Below, one piece after another: positions 34,945-49,600 of a DNA stretch of 64,000 nucleotides. The position numbers and the translations under genes were made by a program. Position 1 is the stretch's first letter; every line of letters starts with the position of its first letter. Origin of the DNA: Monocercomonoides exilis PA203 (taxonomy: Eukaryota; Protista; Preaxostyla); assembly GCA_001643675.2 (NCBI GenBank), contig LSRY02000001.1:2418001-2482000 (forward strand), in the 5' to 3' direction. The notes under the pieces were generated by a model. That model ran no database searches. It saw only the letters and a list, made by a program, of their open reading frames with translations, and was not told the DNA's origin.

Positions 34945-37900
34945 TTCCAATAGATGAATTGTGAATAGATTTTTTCTATTTGAATAAATTCAACTTATTT
35001 GAATGAACTGGATTTTTCTTAAATGAAGTCATGTTATTTCAAATGGTTGAAGTGACACTTGAATAAAGTGCGATACACTTAAATAAATAATTTGTGAAAA
35101 AATGGTGAACACTAATTATAAAATTTTTTCGTTAAATCTTTCACTTTATCAACAGAATAATTGAAAAATTCCTAAAAAATTATTATTTTATTTATACAAA
35201 AATAAATTTTCAGATGTGTTTAAAGATGATTTTGTTTGATAAAACGAGCTTGAAATATCGAAAATTTAGAAGTTGATACTTGTTATTCGATTCTCTTTTG
35301 ACTTTTTTATTTTTCATTTGATCATCGAATAATTTTGTATCTTAAACAAAAGTTTGCTTCTATTGATGTTCGTGGAGATATCTTCCACCAAGAAATTCAA
35401 TATCTCTGAAGCGCACAGTTGAATTCGTAAATTAATGTAACTTTCTCCTTTGTTGCTTTCTCCGATAAGTGGATATATTCAATTTTTATATAAAGGTTAA
35501 CTTCTCAAAGCAACTCAATATTTTTCTTCTCTACATTCTTCTCCACCTGCCTCAAATGAGTATTAAATGATGTGATTATCGTTATCATTTCGACTGCCTT
35601 CGGATTTATCTTTATGATGTCGTTCACAATCTCAATGAATTGTTTCGCTTCTTCTTTTGTTTTCTTTATCAAATAGTTGCTGCGATATGTGCAACAAGCA
35701 CATTCAATTATACCACAACAAATAAAACGTTCGCAACCAATGTAATCGATGATTATCCTTCCTTTTCTCCTTCAACATTTCTTTCATCTCCTTTTGATTG
35801 AAGTTTTCTTCTGTGTTTCAGAATGAATGGATCAATTGAAGAATGCGAGCTAGCACTCTCTTACAGAAGGCTCACAGGCTCTTCCGTTGTTTCAGAAGCC
35901 ATTCACACTATTAATGCTGGAATGACTACAAGAATTAAAGTTTCATTTTCAAAAAGTTGTGCATGCAGTGGAAATATCTGAGCTTGTGAATCGAATCATT
36001 GAATGAATCAACCTGGAGAGCCAAGCAACAGGGCAGAAGCAAGAAACATGCAAGATCAATCGCAAGAGTGTTGCCTTGCTGGTGAGACTTCACTGAGTGA
36101 AGCTGCGGAATGAAGAACGAAGAGGCTCTTTCTGAAGTAATTCCAGAGAGACTGCATCCCAAGCTCAATACCCAAAGTGATGAGTTCTCTTTTAAGCCAT
36201 CTTCGCCTTTCAGACTCTGAATGTTCAGCAGCGCATGGTCTGAACAGACGATGTTGTTCCTCATGGATGGATAGCCTGCTGCATTCGGGATGTTGTTGGC
36301 AAACAATCCAAATTGTGCGGATATGCTTCTTCCTGACACAGATAACCCTCCTTTTAATGAATTGGCGGTTGTGGTGTTTTTCATTACTCCTGAACAATTG
36401 GAAAGATCGATCATGGAGCCATTCCACTCACATAGATCTTCAAATGGTTCTTTGTTAGCTCTCAACTCTTGTGTGCTTGCTGCTACATCATACACGCATG
36501 AAGATAAGCAAACATCCGATAAATTCGTCAAAGCAGCAATTCTCCCCTTTTCTGAGGATGAAATGCATTTTTGGTTGGTGCAATTCTCTAATTCCACCAA
36601 CAAAGATGAAGATGAAGCGGCCAAACAGCACGGACCAAAGGAATTTCTGGTTATGTTTTGAAATGAAGACTGCTTCAGCAGGAATGTCGAAGCATTCGAT
36701 GTCACTCTCACTGCACACCCATCCCCAAACACGGTGTTTGAAACAGCCAAGAAATTCATCTCAACATCCGTTTCTTGGCATTCAACAGAAACCAACGATT
36801 CACTTGAAATGCGAGCATCATCGAATTCCAAATGAATGCCCTGGATGTTTGAATGCCCTCCAGAACCATCTGAGGAAAACACAATCACGCTTGATCCGCT
36901 CGGAGTGCCTCTCATCTGAATGTTCTGGATCTGGCAGTCTTTGCAGTTGCGAAGAACGAGGCCTGATCGCTGAGCGCTGCAATTGGATGCATGCACCTGC
37001 TGCATGGACAGCTTTGCCAGTTCGTGGAAATCCATCAGCACTCCAGTAATAACATCTGTGAAATTCAGAAATGCACATTAGAAATATTCCCCACGACTTG
37101 TCACCAGGCATGAAGAACTGAGACAGAGGCCAGCAAAAGTGCAGTCAGAAATCGTCAATCTTCCACCACTCATTTCAACAATCGAGCAATTCAGTTCAAT
37201 TTCAGATCCTCCACCAGAAGCTACTTGAGCAAATATTGTGTCTGCAATCGACAAGTTGCCATCAGTCAGTGATAATAAAATGGAGTTCAGAGAAGAAAAA
37301 ACTCTTCCAAACAAAAACGAAAGAAATTCGATTTTGACTCTCGATGAGCACGAAATGAGACTGCTCGCCTTGCTATCAATGCTGCTGTTCAGCATAATAC
37401 TCACCCTTGCGCCTTCCGCATCCAGCGATTTGACCGTCATATCATGTGTACTTGCTTTGCCAGATACCACAATGCATTTATCAATAAGTTAATTGCTGTA
37501 AACAGATGGAATGACGTGAGGTAGTGCAACATTTAAGGAAATGCAAGGTTCGCTCATTTCCCGGCACTGGCGCGAATCAGAGGCATTGTAGGCTGAAGAA
37601 GATGCAAATATCGTCTCGCTTTGATGCACAACCACAAACAGCATAAGATCTTGCTCGTCCGCATAGTCGGGTGCTGTGCATCCCCACATCGCAAACTCCC
37701 GAACAACCGGAGGCCTGAAGTCGAGCTGGAAGAGCTCAATGCTGATTTGAGATTTGATATTCGCACATTTCACATACAGCTCTCGTCCTGTGAGCGCCTT
37801 GTTGTTCATGAAAGTTGTGTTTTCCAAGAGAAACGGCAAAGGACTGTCGCTCGCGATTGATGAACAATCCTGGAATATTGCGCCTCCTCTTCCACTTTCT

Positions 37901-39056
37901 GAGCAGAAACACTCCGAGACAGCAGAAAAACGGCACTCGAAAAAGCCTCCTTCGCTCAGGCTCATGATCATTCCACCACCTTTCTCGCTTTCGCTGCTTC
38001 CACAATCCTTGATCGACGTGTTTTGCACAGATACACTGCAAGGCTCGCAATCAGTGCAGCTGATGATGGAGGGCTCAGATGGAGCATTTTGGAGTAGTGA
38101 ATGGAGCGTGCAGCATTTCAGTTGCACCGTTGTACTGCCGCCTTCATTCAATCTCTGAGACTCGTCTTGAAATTCAGCCTGCGCAAATACTGCCACAACG
38201 CTTTTGCGCATCAGTTCAATATTGCTCATCGAAACATTTATCATGTCAAACTGCTGCCAAGCGATGCAATGAGGATGCTTTCTTCGGCTTGGATGAATTT
38301 GAATAAGCAGCTCGATAAGAGGCATGTTCCAGACAGGCAGACAACGATGAAACAAGAAATGCTTGTGTGAGAAGCTCATCCAAATAGAAAGAGAAAAGCG
38401 GTTGAACTTTATTCATTATTCAATGAAATAATGAATACATGTTTCTTTATTTTTTTATAATTTTCAAAAAAGTTCTATCAATTTCATATATTGTCCGAAG
38501 ATTTTCTCAAGTCTTTTAATGTTATCGAACCAATCTTAGTATAAATGCTAGTTGTTTGCGTATATATTGGTGCAAACAAATTTGTTCTATTTGCTCAATA
38601 TAAATATATATAATTCTTGAAATAATTCACGAAATTCTTCTTTTTATCAATTTTCAAAACTGTTAAAACATGTGGATTGCATTCATATAAGTTAAATAAT
38701 CAACGAATGTAACGTTGATATGTTTTGAATCGTTTGTTGGTGAAAAAGAATTTAAACAGTTTAATAAACATTTTGATCATTTCGATCATTAAAAAATTTT
38801 GATGAAAACAACAAAAATCATTCGCAAAACAACATAGTTAATTTACAAATAATATATGTGTGTTTTTGCGATCAATTTTTTATACATCAAAAATATTTGT
38901 TTTTTATATTAATTTTCGTAACTCAAATGAACTCAGTCTATCTCAAATGAACTCGATTTATTCAAATAAACTCGAACTATTCGAATAAACATGAGTTCAT
39001 TTGAATAAACCTGGTTATTTAAATGAAAAAAATCTATTCAAAATTCATCTAATGAA
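34945..39056. mobile_element. Candidate TIR-bounded element enclosing a receptor pseudogene
   Basis: TAGATGAATTGTGAATAGATTTTTT (34951-34975) matches the reverse complement of AAAAAATCTATTCAAAATTCATCTA (39027-39051) at 24/25. Each is followed inward by tandem units of about 19 bp, and TA lies just outside both ends. Confidence 0.5.
35500..38416 (-). pseudogene. Frameshifted paralog of the beta-helix receptor family
   Basis: Fragments align in order with the 2612-aa protein: ECFCSESGRGG, HQSETIF, CEWNGS, YPSMRNNIVCS, NSSLWVL, SSFFIP, and EIVND...PK--EMIT. Multiple frameshifts and stops; no kinase region recognised. Confidence 0.85.
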
Positions 39057-40105
39057 TATCTTAATTTATTGATTTTTCGATGTTGAAGACAATTGTCTCA
39101 TAATTGTTTGAAAAGTTTTTATTTTCTTTTTTTTTAATATAAATACTTAGGGAAGTGAGCAATGAGAAAAATGAAATATTTCAATGAAAAGATAACATTC
39201 AACAAATAATTATTTTGATGAAACTATTATTTCATTGAGCTTTTTAGTTGATTTCCATACAAATCTTTTGTGTGTTTCAAATTCAAGTGTTTTTCTTTGT
39301 AATGATGATATTAACAGCTCCATTCTTTTTTTTATTTTTTGAAAAAGATCCTTGAAAATTTTTTTAAAAATAGTTTAAATTGAGAACATACAAATGGTGA
39401 ATAACAACCAATGAAAATATGGGTGATTGTTTTTGAAATCATAATTAAAACAAATGAGTGGAGAAAATTAATATTTGTGAAATTGGTTAATTTTCTCCAA
39501 AAAATTATTCAATTAATAACTTTCATCACAAAAACTTGTTATTTCCAAAAACAAAAAATAACAAACCTTTCAATTCTTTCGATGTTTTATTATGTTCATT
39601 TTTTAATTTCCAAAAATATGATTTCAAACCTTTTTGGAAAACAAAATGATGTTCGGATGATAGAATAGAGATGATTTCGAATATTATTGAAAAGTTTGAT
39701 TTGATGATTTGCTTCCAATAAAGAAAAATGAACATTACAAATGAATGCAAAATCAAAAGAGACCGTTTAAACTTTTATTCACCTTCAACATCTTCTTTTG
39801 TTTCATGTTTCATGGATCAAACATTTGAATGGGAAATATTGAGAAAATGGAAAATGATTTTCAATTGATCACAAACTTGAAAAAAATGATTACAATAAAT
39901 TACACTATATTTTGTTATTTCACACGCATATTTTGATCGAATTTCTGTTCCTGCTCACAAATTTCTCAATAGAAAAATGTGAACAATAAGAAATGATGAA
40001 GTTATTAATTTTTTCGTTTATTTTGAAAAGCTGTCACTTCAACAAAATGATAATATGATATCTTTATTCAACCAGATAGTTATTAAAAAAACGTGGAAAA
40101 AAATA

Positions 40106-40362
40106 TGGGTGATTATTTTTGAAATAATATTTTTTCATTCAAAAATTTCGGTGCAAAAATATCTCTTGAATAACAATAAAAGAACACTGAAGAGAGAAAA
40201 GGCTTATTCAAAACATTTTAATTTTTTATTTAACGAAAACATTTGCGTGAAAAACAATTATTATGCTTTTTTTCTTTTGAAATGAAAATTGCTTTCGAAT
40301 AATCAACAATCTTAAAAAATCAACACACAGAAAAAATATATGATTTCAAAAATAAACACCCA
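40106..40362. mobile_element. 257-bp MITE, family A, copy 1
   Basis: TA|TGGGTGATTATTTTTGAAATAATAT...ATATGATTTCAAAAATAAACACCCA|TA. Same length as and colinear with 55405-55661. Confidence 0.85.
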
Positions 40363-40385
40363 TATAAGAAGAAATGGATGTAATT

Positions 40386-40871
40386 TGGGTGATTCTTTTT
40401 GAAAAGTCACAGATGTTTAATCTTCAAATAAGTCAAAATCTTCATATTTTGCTCAAATTTCTGTTTCCACTTACGAATCTTTTTAAGAATGTGTGAAATA
40501 GCATTATCCAGAAATAAATTCCATGCTAATAAAGTTTGGTCAATATGGGTCATTCTTTTTGAAAAGTCGCAAATGTTTAATTCTCAAATAAATGAAATAT
40601 TTTATATTTTACTCAAATTTCGGTTAACATTCACCAAACTTTCCTAATATGAAATCTATTTCTTGACAATGCTATTTCAAACATTCTTGAGAAGATTTGT
40701 GAGCTGAAACAGAAATTTGAGCAAAATATGAAATTTTTGATTAAAATGAAAATTAAACATTTGTGACTTTTCAAAAAGAATGACCCATATGAATGAAAAT
40801 TTATGCAAAATGTAAAAATTTTAATTCATTTGAAAATAAAACATTTCCGATTTTTTAAAAAGAATTACCCA
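40386..40871. mobile_element. Nested/overlapping foldback MITEs with TGGGT(G/C)ATTCTTTTTGAAAAG termini
   Basis: 40386-40541 is an imperfect inverted match to 40632-40787. An additional left end starts at 40546 and an additional right end ends at 40871. Confidence 0.75.
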
Positions 40872-40890
40872 TTTATGAAATCAAAACATT

Positions 40891-41160
40891 TGGGGGAAAA
40901 TACGGATTTTCAAGCTTTTTATTCACAAAGCATGAAAAAATTGGTTTTCTAATAACATTACCAAACTTTCTCAGATTTCAAAATAAATATGATTTTCATA
41001 TCCGTGAACAGGCGTCGTAGAAAAAGAAACATTAAGTTTTCCAACATTTCACGAATGTCAAAAAATGGTCCCATTTTTATTGAGTTTTTTAGTCTTAAAA
41101 AGTCAATGAAAAGTGCATAATTTTTCAATGAAAATGCCTGAAGTCATATATTTTGTCCCA
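40891..41160. mobile_element. 270-bp MITE, family B, copy 1
   Basis: TGGGGGAAAATA...TATTTTGTCCCA. Same length as and colinear with 52356-52625. Confidence 0.85.
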
Positions 41161-43613
41161 TTTTTCGAAGAGATCATCAAAAAATCAGTTAACCACTTTT
41201 TTTTCAAAATTTTTTTCGAAAAAAATTTTGAAAATTATTATTTTGAATTTTATAAAGACAGTGTCTGGCTTTTGAATTGATATTTGAGTGTAATTTGCTT
41301 TTGTGAAAGTGAAAAAAAGATTTGTTTAGCAATTAATGAAAAGTGAAAAAAGCAAATACTGTCAATTTCTGACTAAGATGTGAATTTTATGCAATTAAAT
41401 CTTTCCATGTTATTAACAAAATGAAATAACATGCTTTGCACTTTATGAATCAATATCAAGATTTCAATCTGTCTTTTCATGTTTTGAACGAAAAAAAGTG
41501 AAACTCCTGAACATCCATTTCCCCACTACATTAATTTGATTAATCATTGAATCAAATATTTTTGTTTTCAAAACATTTAATCAACCATAATAGATGCTTT
41601 GATAACTGTTTCGACAAATGAAAACTTGAATTTTCAACAGCAAGGAAAAAGACAGGACAGAAGCCATCATTCAGCTTTAGACGATGGATATGCAACAGCA
41701 AAAGGATTCGAAACGAGGACATTTCCCCAAGGAAGCCTCTTCATCAAATCTTCATTCAGACTGCTCTTCTCAGCAACCGGAACAAACAAAGTCAGGAGGA
41801 AAGGCAAAGCATCCAACACAGAGTTTTGCAGCATGCTCCTTTTCATCAGCCGGAGCCAAACTGTTGCCAACAGCGGAGAAGATATCGATTTCTTCAACAA
41901 AACACAGCAATAATCAAATGGCAAGCGACCATGCACTTGAAGGCTCTGCGATTTATTTGTCCAGGATTGGCATTAATTGTTGATTCATCTTTTTTTTTTT
42001 TTGCGTTGACAAGCGATGCCACAACGATTTCCATGATTTTGACATTTATTTTTATCGGTATTTAGTCACATTCCGATTATCATTCTTCTTCGAACATGCT
42101 CCCATTTTCATTGCAATTTTCATTGGACTTGCTGAAACACATTGGCAGCTTTGAATTGACAAACGCGATGCTTGGAACAGCAGTTGAACATCAACCGCTT
42201 TGAGTTTGCTGTAAGGTGTGAATCATTATTTCATTAATTTTGTTCCATTCGTTTTCGCATTTCCCTTTTTTTAGTTTGAAGACATATTTGCGCGAGAGCA
42301 TTTTGAAGGCAATCCATCTTTTAAATGCACAGATTCTCAAATTGTCTGAAAAGCACTGACTTTGAACGATTTTGCATTGGAAGGCTTTTCATGAGAGAAA
42401 AAAACGAGATTTATGCAGCACATGGAAGAGGGCAATGGAGAAGAAGAAGAAGAAGAAGAAGAAGAAGAGGAGGAGGAAGAAGAGGAACAAAAGTTGAGGA
42501 AGGAAGAAGAGGCAGATGGGGTTATTTGTGTGTGGTAATGAGAAAGCTAGGCCTGCAAAGAAGGAAGAATATTTCATAATTGTTTGTTGGAAAAATGGAT
42601 TTTTTTTTTTAAATTTTCTTTGACTGAAGAAAGTTTTGCAACAGAAAAACAAGGGAAACAATTGAATTTATTTGAATTTTTATTAAAATTATTTCGTTTT
42701 GCAAAATGGGCTTTTGAGATATTTGAACATCACTCACCAAACACCAATATTTGTTTGATTACTGTTTTTTGTTTTCTTTTTGTATTTTTGAAAGAACATG
42801 TTCGTTGAATGCTACATTACATGTTTTTCTCTGTCTGCACAAAGGACATTTCAAAAAAGAAACAATTTCCCAAAGGAAAGCAGATGAGTGTTTTATTTTT
42901 AAAAAACAAAAATAATATTGATTTTTCACTCAAACAGATAAATATGCAGAATTGAGAAGGAGCAAGAAAGCAGGAAACGAATAGAGCAGAAGGGCTTGTT
43001 TGAATTTTTGTGGTGAAGAATTTGGAGAAGTTGTGCAACAGACAAAACAGGTGGGAATGTGAATTGCCGAATGATAAAGAGAACATCTTCAGAACAAAAA
43101 AAGACAATTGATGGATAAAGAATGAGAGAGAGAAAGAAAGGGGAACTTTGAAGAAGAACTTGTTTTTTTATTGTATTGGAAAGGATGCACACATACAAAC
43201 ACTTGACATTTGAAAAGCAAAAAAGATAAGAAGTTTTCTTTTTCACAAAAAATTGCTTCAAACTTCTTGATTTTGAATAAAATAAAACAACAATTAAAAA
43301 AATTGATATTTTTGTATTTTATCTAATTCTTCAATTTGACACTCATTTTTTGATTTTGAATTTGCACTTCACATTTTTCAAACAAAAAATCAGTTATCTA
43401 AATTTGCATAAACTGATTCGTGTCATTCTACACAAAAGAGAAGAATTTTGAATTTGCATCAATTGGAACATGCCTCAAATATCATAATGACGATTTTTCT
43501 TTTATGCATTCAGTTTTCAATCAGTGAATGAAAATAGTTTTTAAATTGATAATTTGATCATTTGTATTATATTAAATTTTTCGAAACAAAATTGATTTTT
43601 ATTCTCGATAAGC

Positions 43614-46600
43614 ATGCATTTGTTCCTTTTAGCATGTCTGATTCTGGCAGAGACATTTAAATCTCAAGTTGTCTATGAAACAACCACTTTGGAAAACCAA
43701 GGTATTTTTTCAAATATAACTTTTAAATATAACTGTATTTATTTTGGTCAAGGCAACTCAAATGATGCACAATTTTTCGCAAACGGAAATAACAATTATT
43801 TGTCAGAACAGAGAAAAGCATCAGGAACGAACAGATGGAAGGCAGGAACAAGCACAGCAATTTATTCATTTATACGATCTTCCAATTCTTCAGTTGGACT
43901 GAAAAATGTGGCAGTGGAATATTCTGCCTCGCCATTTATTCTAATTACAGATGCATCGGATGTGGTGTTGGATTCTTGCATTTCCCACCAAAAGTCGGAA
44001 TCTCCGTTTCATTTGATTATCGGGTCAATCTGCCTCACAAACATGACTTTGATCCCCCAAAAGAGTCTTAACCCTTCCGGTCTCATATTTTCATCTGATG
44101 ATTCCAATTCAGCCATTTTGAGAAATTCCATCATGACAGACCTGACTGTCTCATCTTCAGACTATTTTCTTGTTTCAGGAAAGAGCAAAAGCGAACAGAT
44201 TGATAATTGTGCCTTCAGGAACATGTCTGTGAAATATACCACGAATAGCGATCATTTTGTGGAACATTCATGTTTTCGAAGTTCAATGGAGAAATGTCTT
44301 ATTTATTCGTGTGTGAATGCCTTTGAAGGAGGGATTTCGAGTGGATCTTATTCTTCACAGGAATTTGTCTGCAAAAACACAACAATAAACTTCGGGAAAA
44401 GAGAAGCAAATTCCCTTCAGAAAAAAGGACAAATTAATTCAACGGAAAGCCAATCCTTTTCTTTATGCGAATGGACTGATTGCACATCCCCACAAGGAGG
44501 AGCGCTTTATGTTCATGACAATGCAAGTGCAATTCTCAATGTTGAGAATTCGTCATTCACAAGATGCAACGCTTCATCCACAAGAGGCGGAGGAATATAT
44601 GCTTTGAAAATTGCTGAATGCATTGTGCTTCATTCAACATTTGTGCAGTGCTTTGCAGCAGGAAAAACAAATTATGGTGGAGGAGGAATTCAATTCGAAC
44701 ATGTAAATGTCCAATCAATTGTTGATGATTGCTCTTTTCACAGCTGTTTTGCTGAAGATGAAGGCGGGGCAATAAACCTACGACCAACAAAAACACAAAA
44801 ACAAAAACGTTGCATTATTAATTCTGTTTTTTTATTTTGTCATTCAACAATTGATTGTGGAGGCGCTATTATGCATTGGAACTGCACTGATCAAGTAGTA
44901 ATTTCAAATTGTTTATTTTGTCACTGTTATTCTTTGAGCGGAGGTGGAGCAGTTAGCCATCAAATCAGTTCAAATAATAATGGTATTTTGTTTTATTACT
45001 GTTTCTTTCATAACAATACTTGTAGTAAAGGTGGACATGATATTGCTCTGCATGGCTCAACCTCAAATAATATTGATTCCACCTGCTATTCAACCAGGCA
45101 ATCAAAAAACAGAGTTAGTTCAAGTTACAGTTCGATTGTTGATAAAAGCGAATGGCTTCACAATGATTTTGGAAATGTGAGATTTGTCTCATCAACTGAT
45201 TCACAACCAAAAGGCAACGACACATATGCTTGTGGAATTTATGAATCTTATCCATGCAGCACCATCAGTCGTTGCCTCACACAACTTATTCCAGACTTGG
45301 TTCCCAATGTCGAAATATTTTCTGGAACGATTATCGAAACAAATAGTTTTGATTGTGGATCCGACAGTTTTACTGTTTATGGCCAAAGCAATATGAGCAC
45401 AGCAATCCACACAGAATTTGAAACATCTGGGATATCTCTTTTTTCGGTCTCGACAGGCACATTGACTGCCAGAGACTTTGTTCTTGTGCATGGCTCGGCT
45501 CATCCGAATAACCGTGGGTCAAGGCTGTTCGAGATAAGTGGAGCAGGAGGAATGAGCGTCAGCAGACTGAACATATCTTTTGGGAGCGGACAATCATCAG
45601 AAACAGCATTTTCGACAGAACTGATAAATGTCCAGAATGGGATGTTTCAGATGGGAAATGTGAACTGGGCAAAGACGATTTCCACAGATTCACTGTTTTC
45701 GCTTTCTTCAACAAATGAGATTTCATTGGCACTTTCTGAGTGTGGTTTTGATGGGATTGAGAGAACAACGAGCGGAGCAGCAGTGATATCGTTTTCGAAT
45801 GACAAGGCCAACATTGATGTGAATTCGAGCACTTTTGAAGGATGTGGAAGCAGAACATCGGCTGATGGGGGATCGATGATGCTGTGTGTTGGGAATGGAA
45901 ATGAGGTGAAAGTGAAAGGTGGATCTTTTGATGGGTGCTATTGCTCTGCAACATATGGATTTGGGGGAGGAATCCTTCTTCGATTATTGAATGAAAATCC
46001 CAATTTCCTGATCTCCTCTTCATTCGGAACAAACACAGCCAAATGGGGAAGCGACATCTTTGTCATTTCACCCAATCTGGAAGAAACAGCAAAATCAGAA
46101 AACATCACATGTGTGACAGATTCATTGGATTCTCTTGAGAAAGTGAGAGGATATGACAATGGAAACACGAGTGTGGCCATTCCTCTGTGCATCTATCTCC
46201 TTCCCACCCCAGAAGAAATATATGTGAGCAATTCTGAGGCATCCAATCACTCACACTGTGGAATTGTCCAATTCCCTTGTTTGACAATGAAGCACTCCCT
46301 CACAAAACAAACAGGAACAAAGAAAATTGTTGTGAATGGAATGATTATGATGAGTGATGAATTGGCCTTTGCTGGACAGAAACATGAAATGCGAGGAAAT
46401 GATGATGAAAGTGGCTGGACAGTCTCTGATTCAAGTGAAACATCCAATTCATCGATGATTTCAGCAAATGTTGAAACAGAATTATCAAAACTCATCTTCT
46501 CTCTTCCATCTTCCCTTTCTCTTCACTCCACTTTCATTTCGTCATCTTCATCATCAATGACTCTGTCTCAATGTTCGCTTTCCCTTCAAAATCCATCATC

Positions 46601-49600
46601 AGAATTGACAATTCTGTTTTTGTCCGTTGAGTCAGGGATCCTGATAATCGACAAATTCTCAGCTTCATCAATTGATTTGAGGAGAAATCCGGTGATTTCA
46701 TTGTCTGGAAGTGGAACAAATACCGAGTTGATGAGCGCTCTGTGGTTGAACATGACGAACAGCAATTTCACAAAAATCGAAAGAGCAGCTGGAAGTGGAG
46801 GGTGTGTGAGCATTGACAACAGCGATGATGAAAATACAAACACACAAATAAATATTGAAGAGTGTGAATTTGATGAGTGTTCTGTGCTGGATGATGAAAG
46901 CAGAGGAGGGGCCATTGATGCTCAGTTGAAAGGGTGCATTCAAATGAATGTTATTTCATGCACATTCACAGGATGCACAGCACCAGCAGAAGAACGGAAG
47001 ATTGGGTTTGGGGGAGGGATGGCACTGAAGCTGATTGATGATGATTCTTCGTTTGTGATTTCATCACCTGTTTTTGAGGCAGACAAGCCAAATATTGCCA
47101 GATATGGAAATGATCTGTTTGTTGAATCGCCAAACTTGACAAAGAGCATCACAAACACCTCTCTTCCATTTGTGACTGGGCATCTGGCAGATATTTCGTT
47201 TGATTCTATGAGAGGCTTTGATGGGAGTGACACAACGAATGCCATTCCACTGGTCAATTTCTGGCGAGCGATTGGGTCAGAGATATTTATTGGGAGCGAA
47301 GGTTGTGATGTGTGTGTGTGTGGATTCTCGGATTATCCGTGTCAGTCGATGGATCATTCGTTGACAAGACTGGCAGAAGGAAAGGAAAGGAATGTCAGCA
47401 TCAAAGGAAAAGGATATCTGCAGAAGAGTGTTGATGTGAGTGGAATATCAGTGAAATCGGATGAGAGCAGCATGTGCTCATTGGAATGTGTCTCATCGCT
47501 TGAAGGAGCAGAAGGAGCAGCAATGAAGATTTGTGGCATCACCAATTTCGAGCTGATGAAGTTTGTGATTCCATCTTCATTCGCAAGTGGAGTGAATGTT
47601 TTGATGCATGTTGGCTCAAGCGAGGGATTGTTGACTGTGAAAGACTGCTCATTCACCAAAAATGGAGATGAGAGAGAAGAAGTGACAGATTATGGGCTGA
47701 TCAAGGCAGAAGGAGGGACAGTTGTGCTGGAATTGGTGACGATGCAATTGTTGAGCTTTTCGCAGGATGTTATTTCTGTGCTGCCAACAACAGTGCTGAA
47801 TGCGAAAAACCTGACGATGAAGAATATTGGGGTGGATGGAGCAAGTGGATTGAGGATATCAAAGGGATCAGCTGGAGAGAAGAGAGGGGGCAATGAAGGA
47901 GAACAAAACATTGTTATTGAGTGGAGTTTGTTTGAAGAAGTCACCCAAGACACAACAGAAAACATCTCGATCATTCGAAATGAGAATGATGCGCCATTGA
48001 AAATGGTGATTGGGAACACAACGATGAAGAGATGCGGAGGGTTGAAGTGTGGAAAGGGAGGAGGGATGTTTTGTGAGTTGAATGAGGGAGGAAGTTTTGA
48101 GTGCTCATTTTGCAAGATTTCAGAGTGTTTCTGCTCGACTGCAGGAAGAGGCGGGTGGCTGTTTCTGGAGTGCACCTCAACAGCTGATAAGCCACTGAAT
48201 TTTGTTCTGTCGAATATCACATTCAGAGACAACTCTGCATTGAGAGGGAGAGATGTTTATGTTCGATGCCACTCAATCGATTCACAAATTGTTGATGAAC
48301 AATTCTTGCTGGATTTCAGAGCGCAGTTTGTGAAGGACAAGGCAATATGGGGATGCACAACAGACTCGTATGTTGGGGAAGAGGATCTTCTGCTGAGGGT
48401 TATGAGATACCAGAGCGAGACGATATTTGTATCATCAGTTGCAGACAATCGCGCAGACAGCAAGCAATGTGGAGAGTTCAATACTCCTTGCCACTCACTG
48501 AGCTTTGGAGTGCAGCACATCATTCCATCTCTGTACTCACAGATGCTGATCTTGGGGCAAACGGAAATTGTTGGGGAGTGTGATGTTCTTGATGTGACCA
48601 TCCGCTCATTGCAATCTCCCTCAGCTGCATTGGTGCATCTGAACTCAACAATAACCAACGAAGGAAGTGTTATCACAACATCAGAGAAAGTTCGGATTGA
48701 AAGTGTGAAATTCAACTTTGGTCAGTCATTTTCATATTCGGGGTGTTCAATCATTCAAGAAGCAAATGGTCAGCTTTCTCTTTCATTTGTTGATTTTTCT
48801 TCAGTTGGCAAATCAGAAAGCATCGAATTAGTTGGTCTCAATTCAACATTGTTGAACATCGAAAATGGAATTCTTCATGTTGATAACTGCTCAATGTCAA
48901 TGCTTTCATTCAAAAAGCCTTCATTTTTGTTAAATGGTGATGAGATAAATATTGCAAATGTGAAACTGGAGCAAATCGAATCAACAACAGATGTATTTGA
49001 GATTGGACAATGTGGAAGTGTTGTATTTAATGGAGTATCTGCAGATGGAGTGAAATTATCTGAAGGTTGTGTCATTGCGATAAACGATTTGTCTTCGAGT
49101 TCAATTTCAATTGGAATCTCCTCATTCAACAACTGTTCGAGAAATTCAAAAGGAGCTTCTGTTCTTTCAGCTTCTTCATCATCTGCTCAAATCGTTCTTT
49201 CAAACTGTTCCTATTCAAACTGTGATTCTCTGTCAAGCAAAGGAAGTATTGTTGAGTTGCATAATACAAATGATATTTCGATGGATTCATGTCAATTTAT
49301 TGGAGTGAAAACAAAAGAAAGTGAAAATGAGAGAAACAGCGATTTTGAAGAGATATGCAAATGGAATGGATCACTTGTTCACTCAACGAATTCTTCATTA
49401 GAGATGAAATATGTGACAATAATGAATGCTTCATCAGGTGGATTGTCAGTGTCTGCAGGCGATGTGACGATTGAGAAAGGAGAGTTTATGAACAACAATC
49501 CATTCATTGAAAAATATCCCTCTCTTCGTCGAAACATAATTTGTTCAGATTCTGCATCACTGACCATTTCCAGCTTGAAAGGCGGAGATGGATTGATGCC

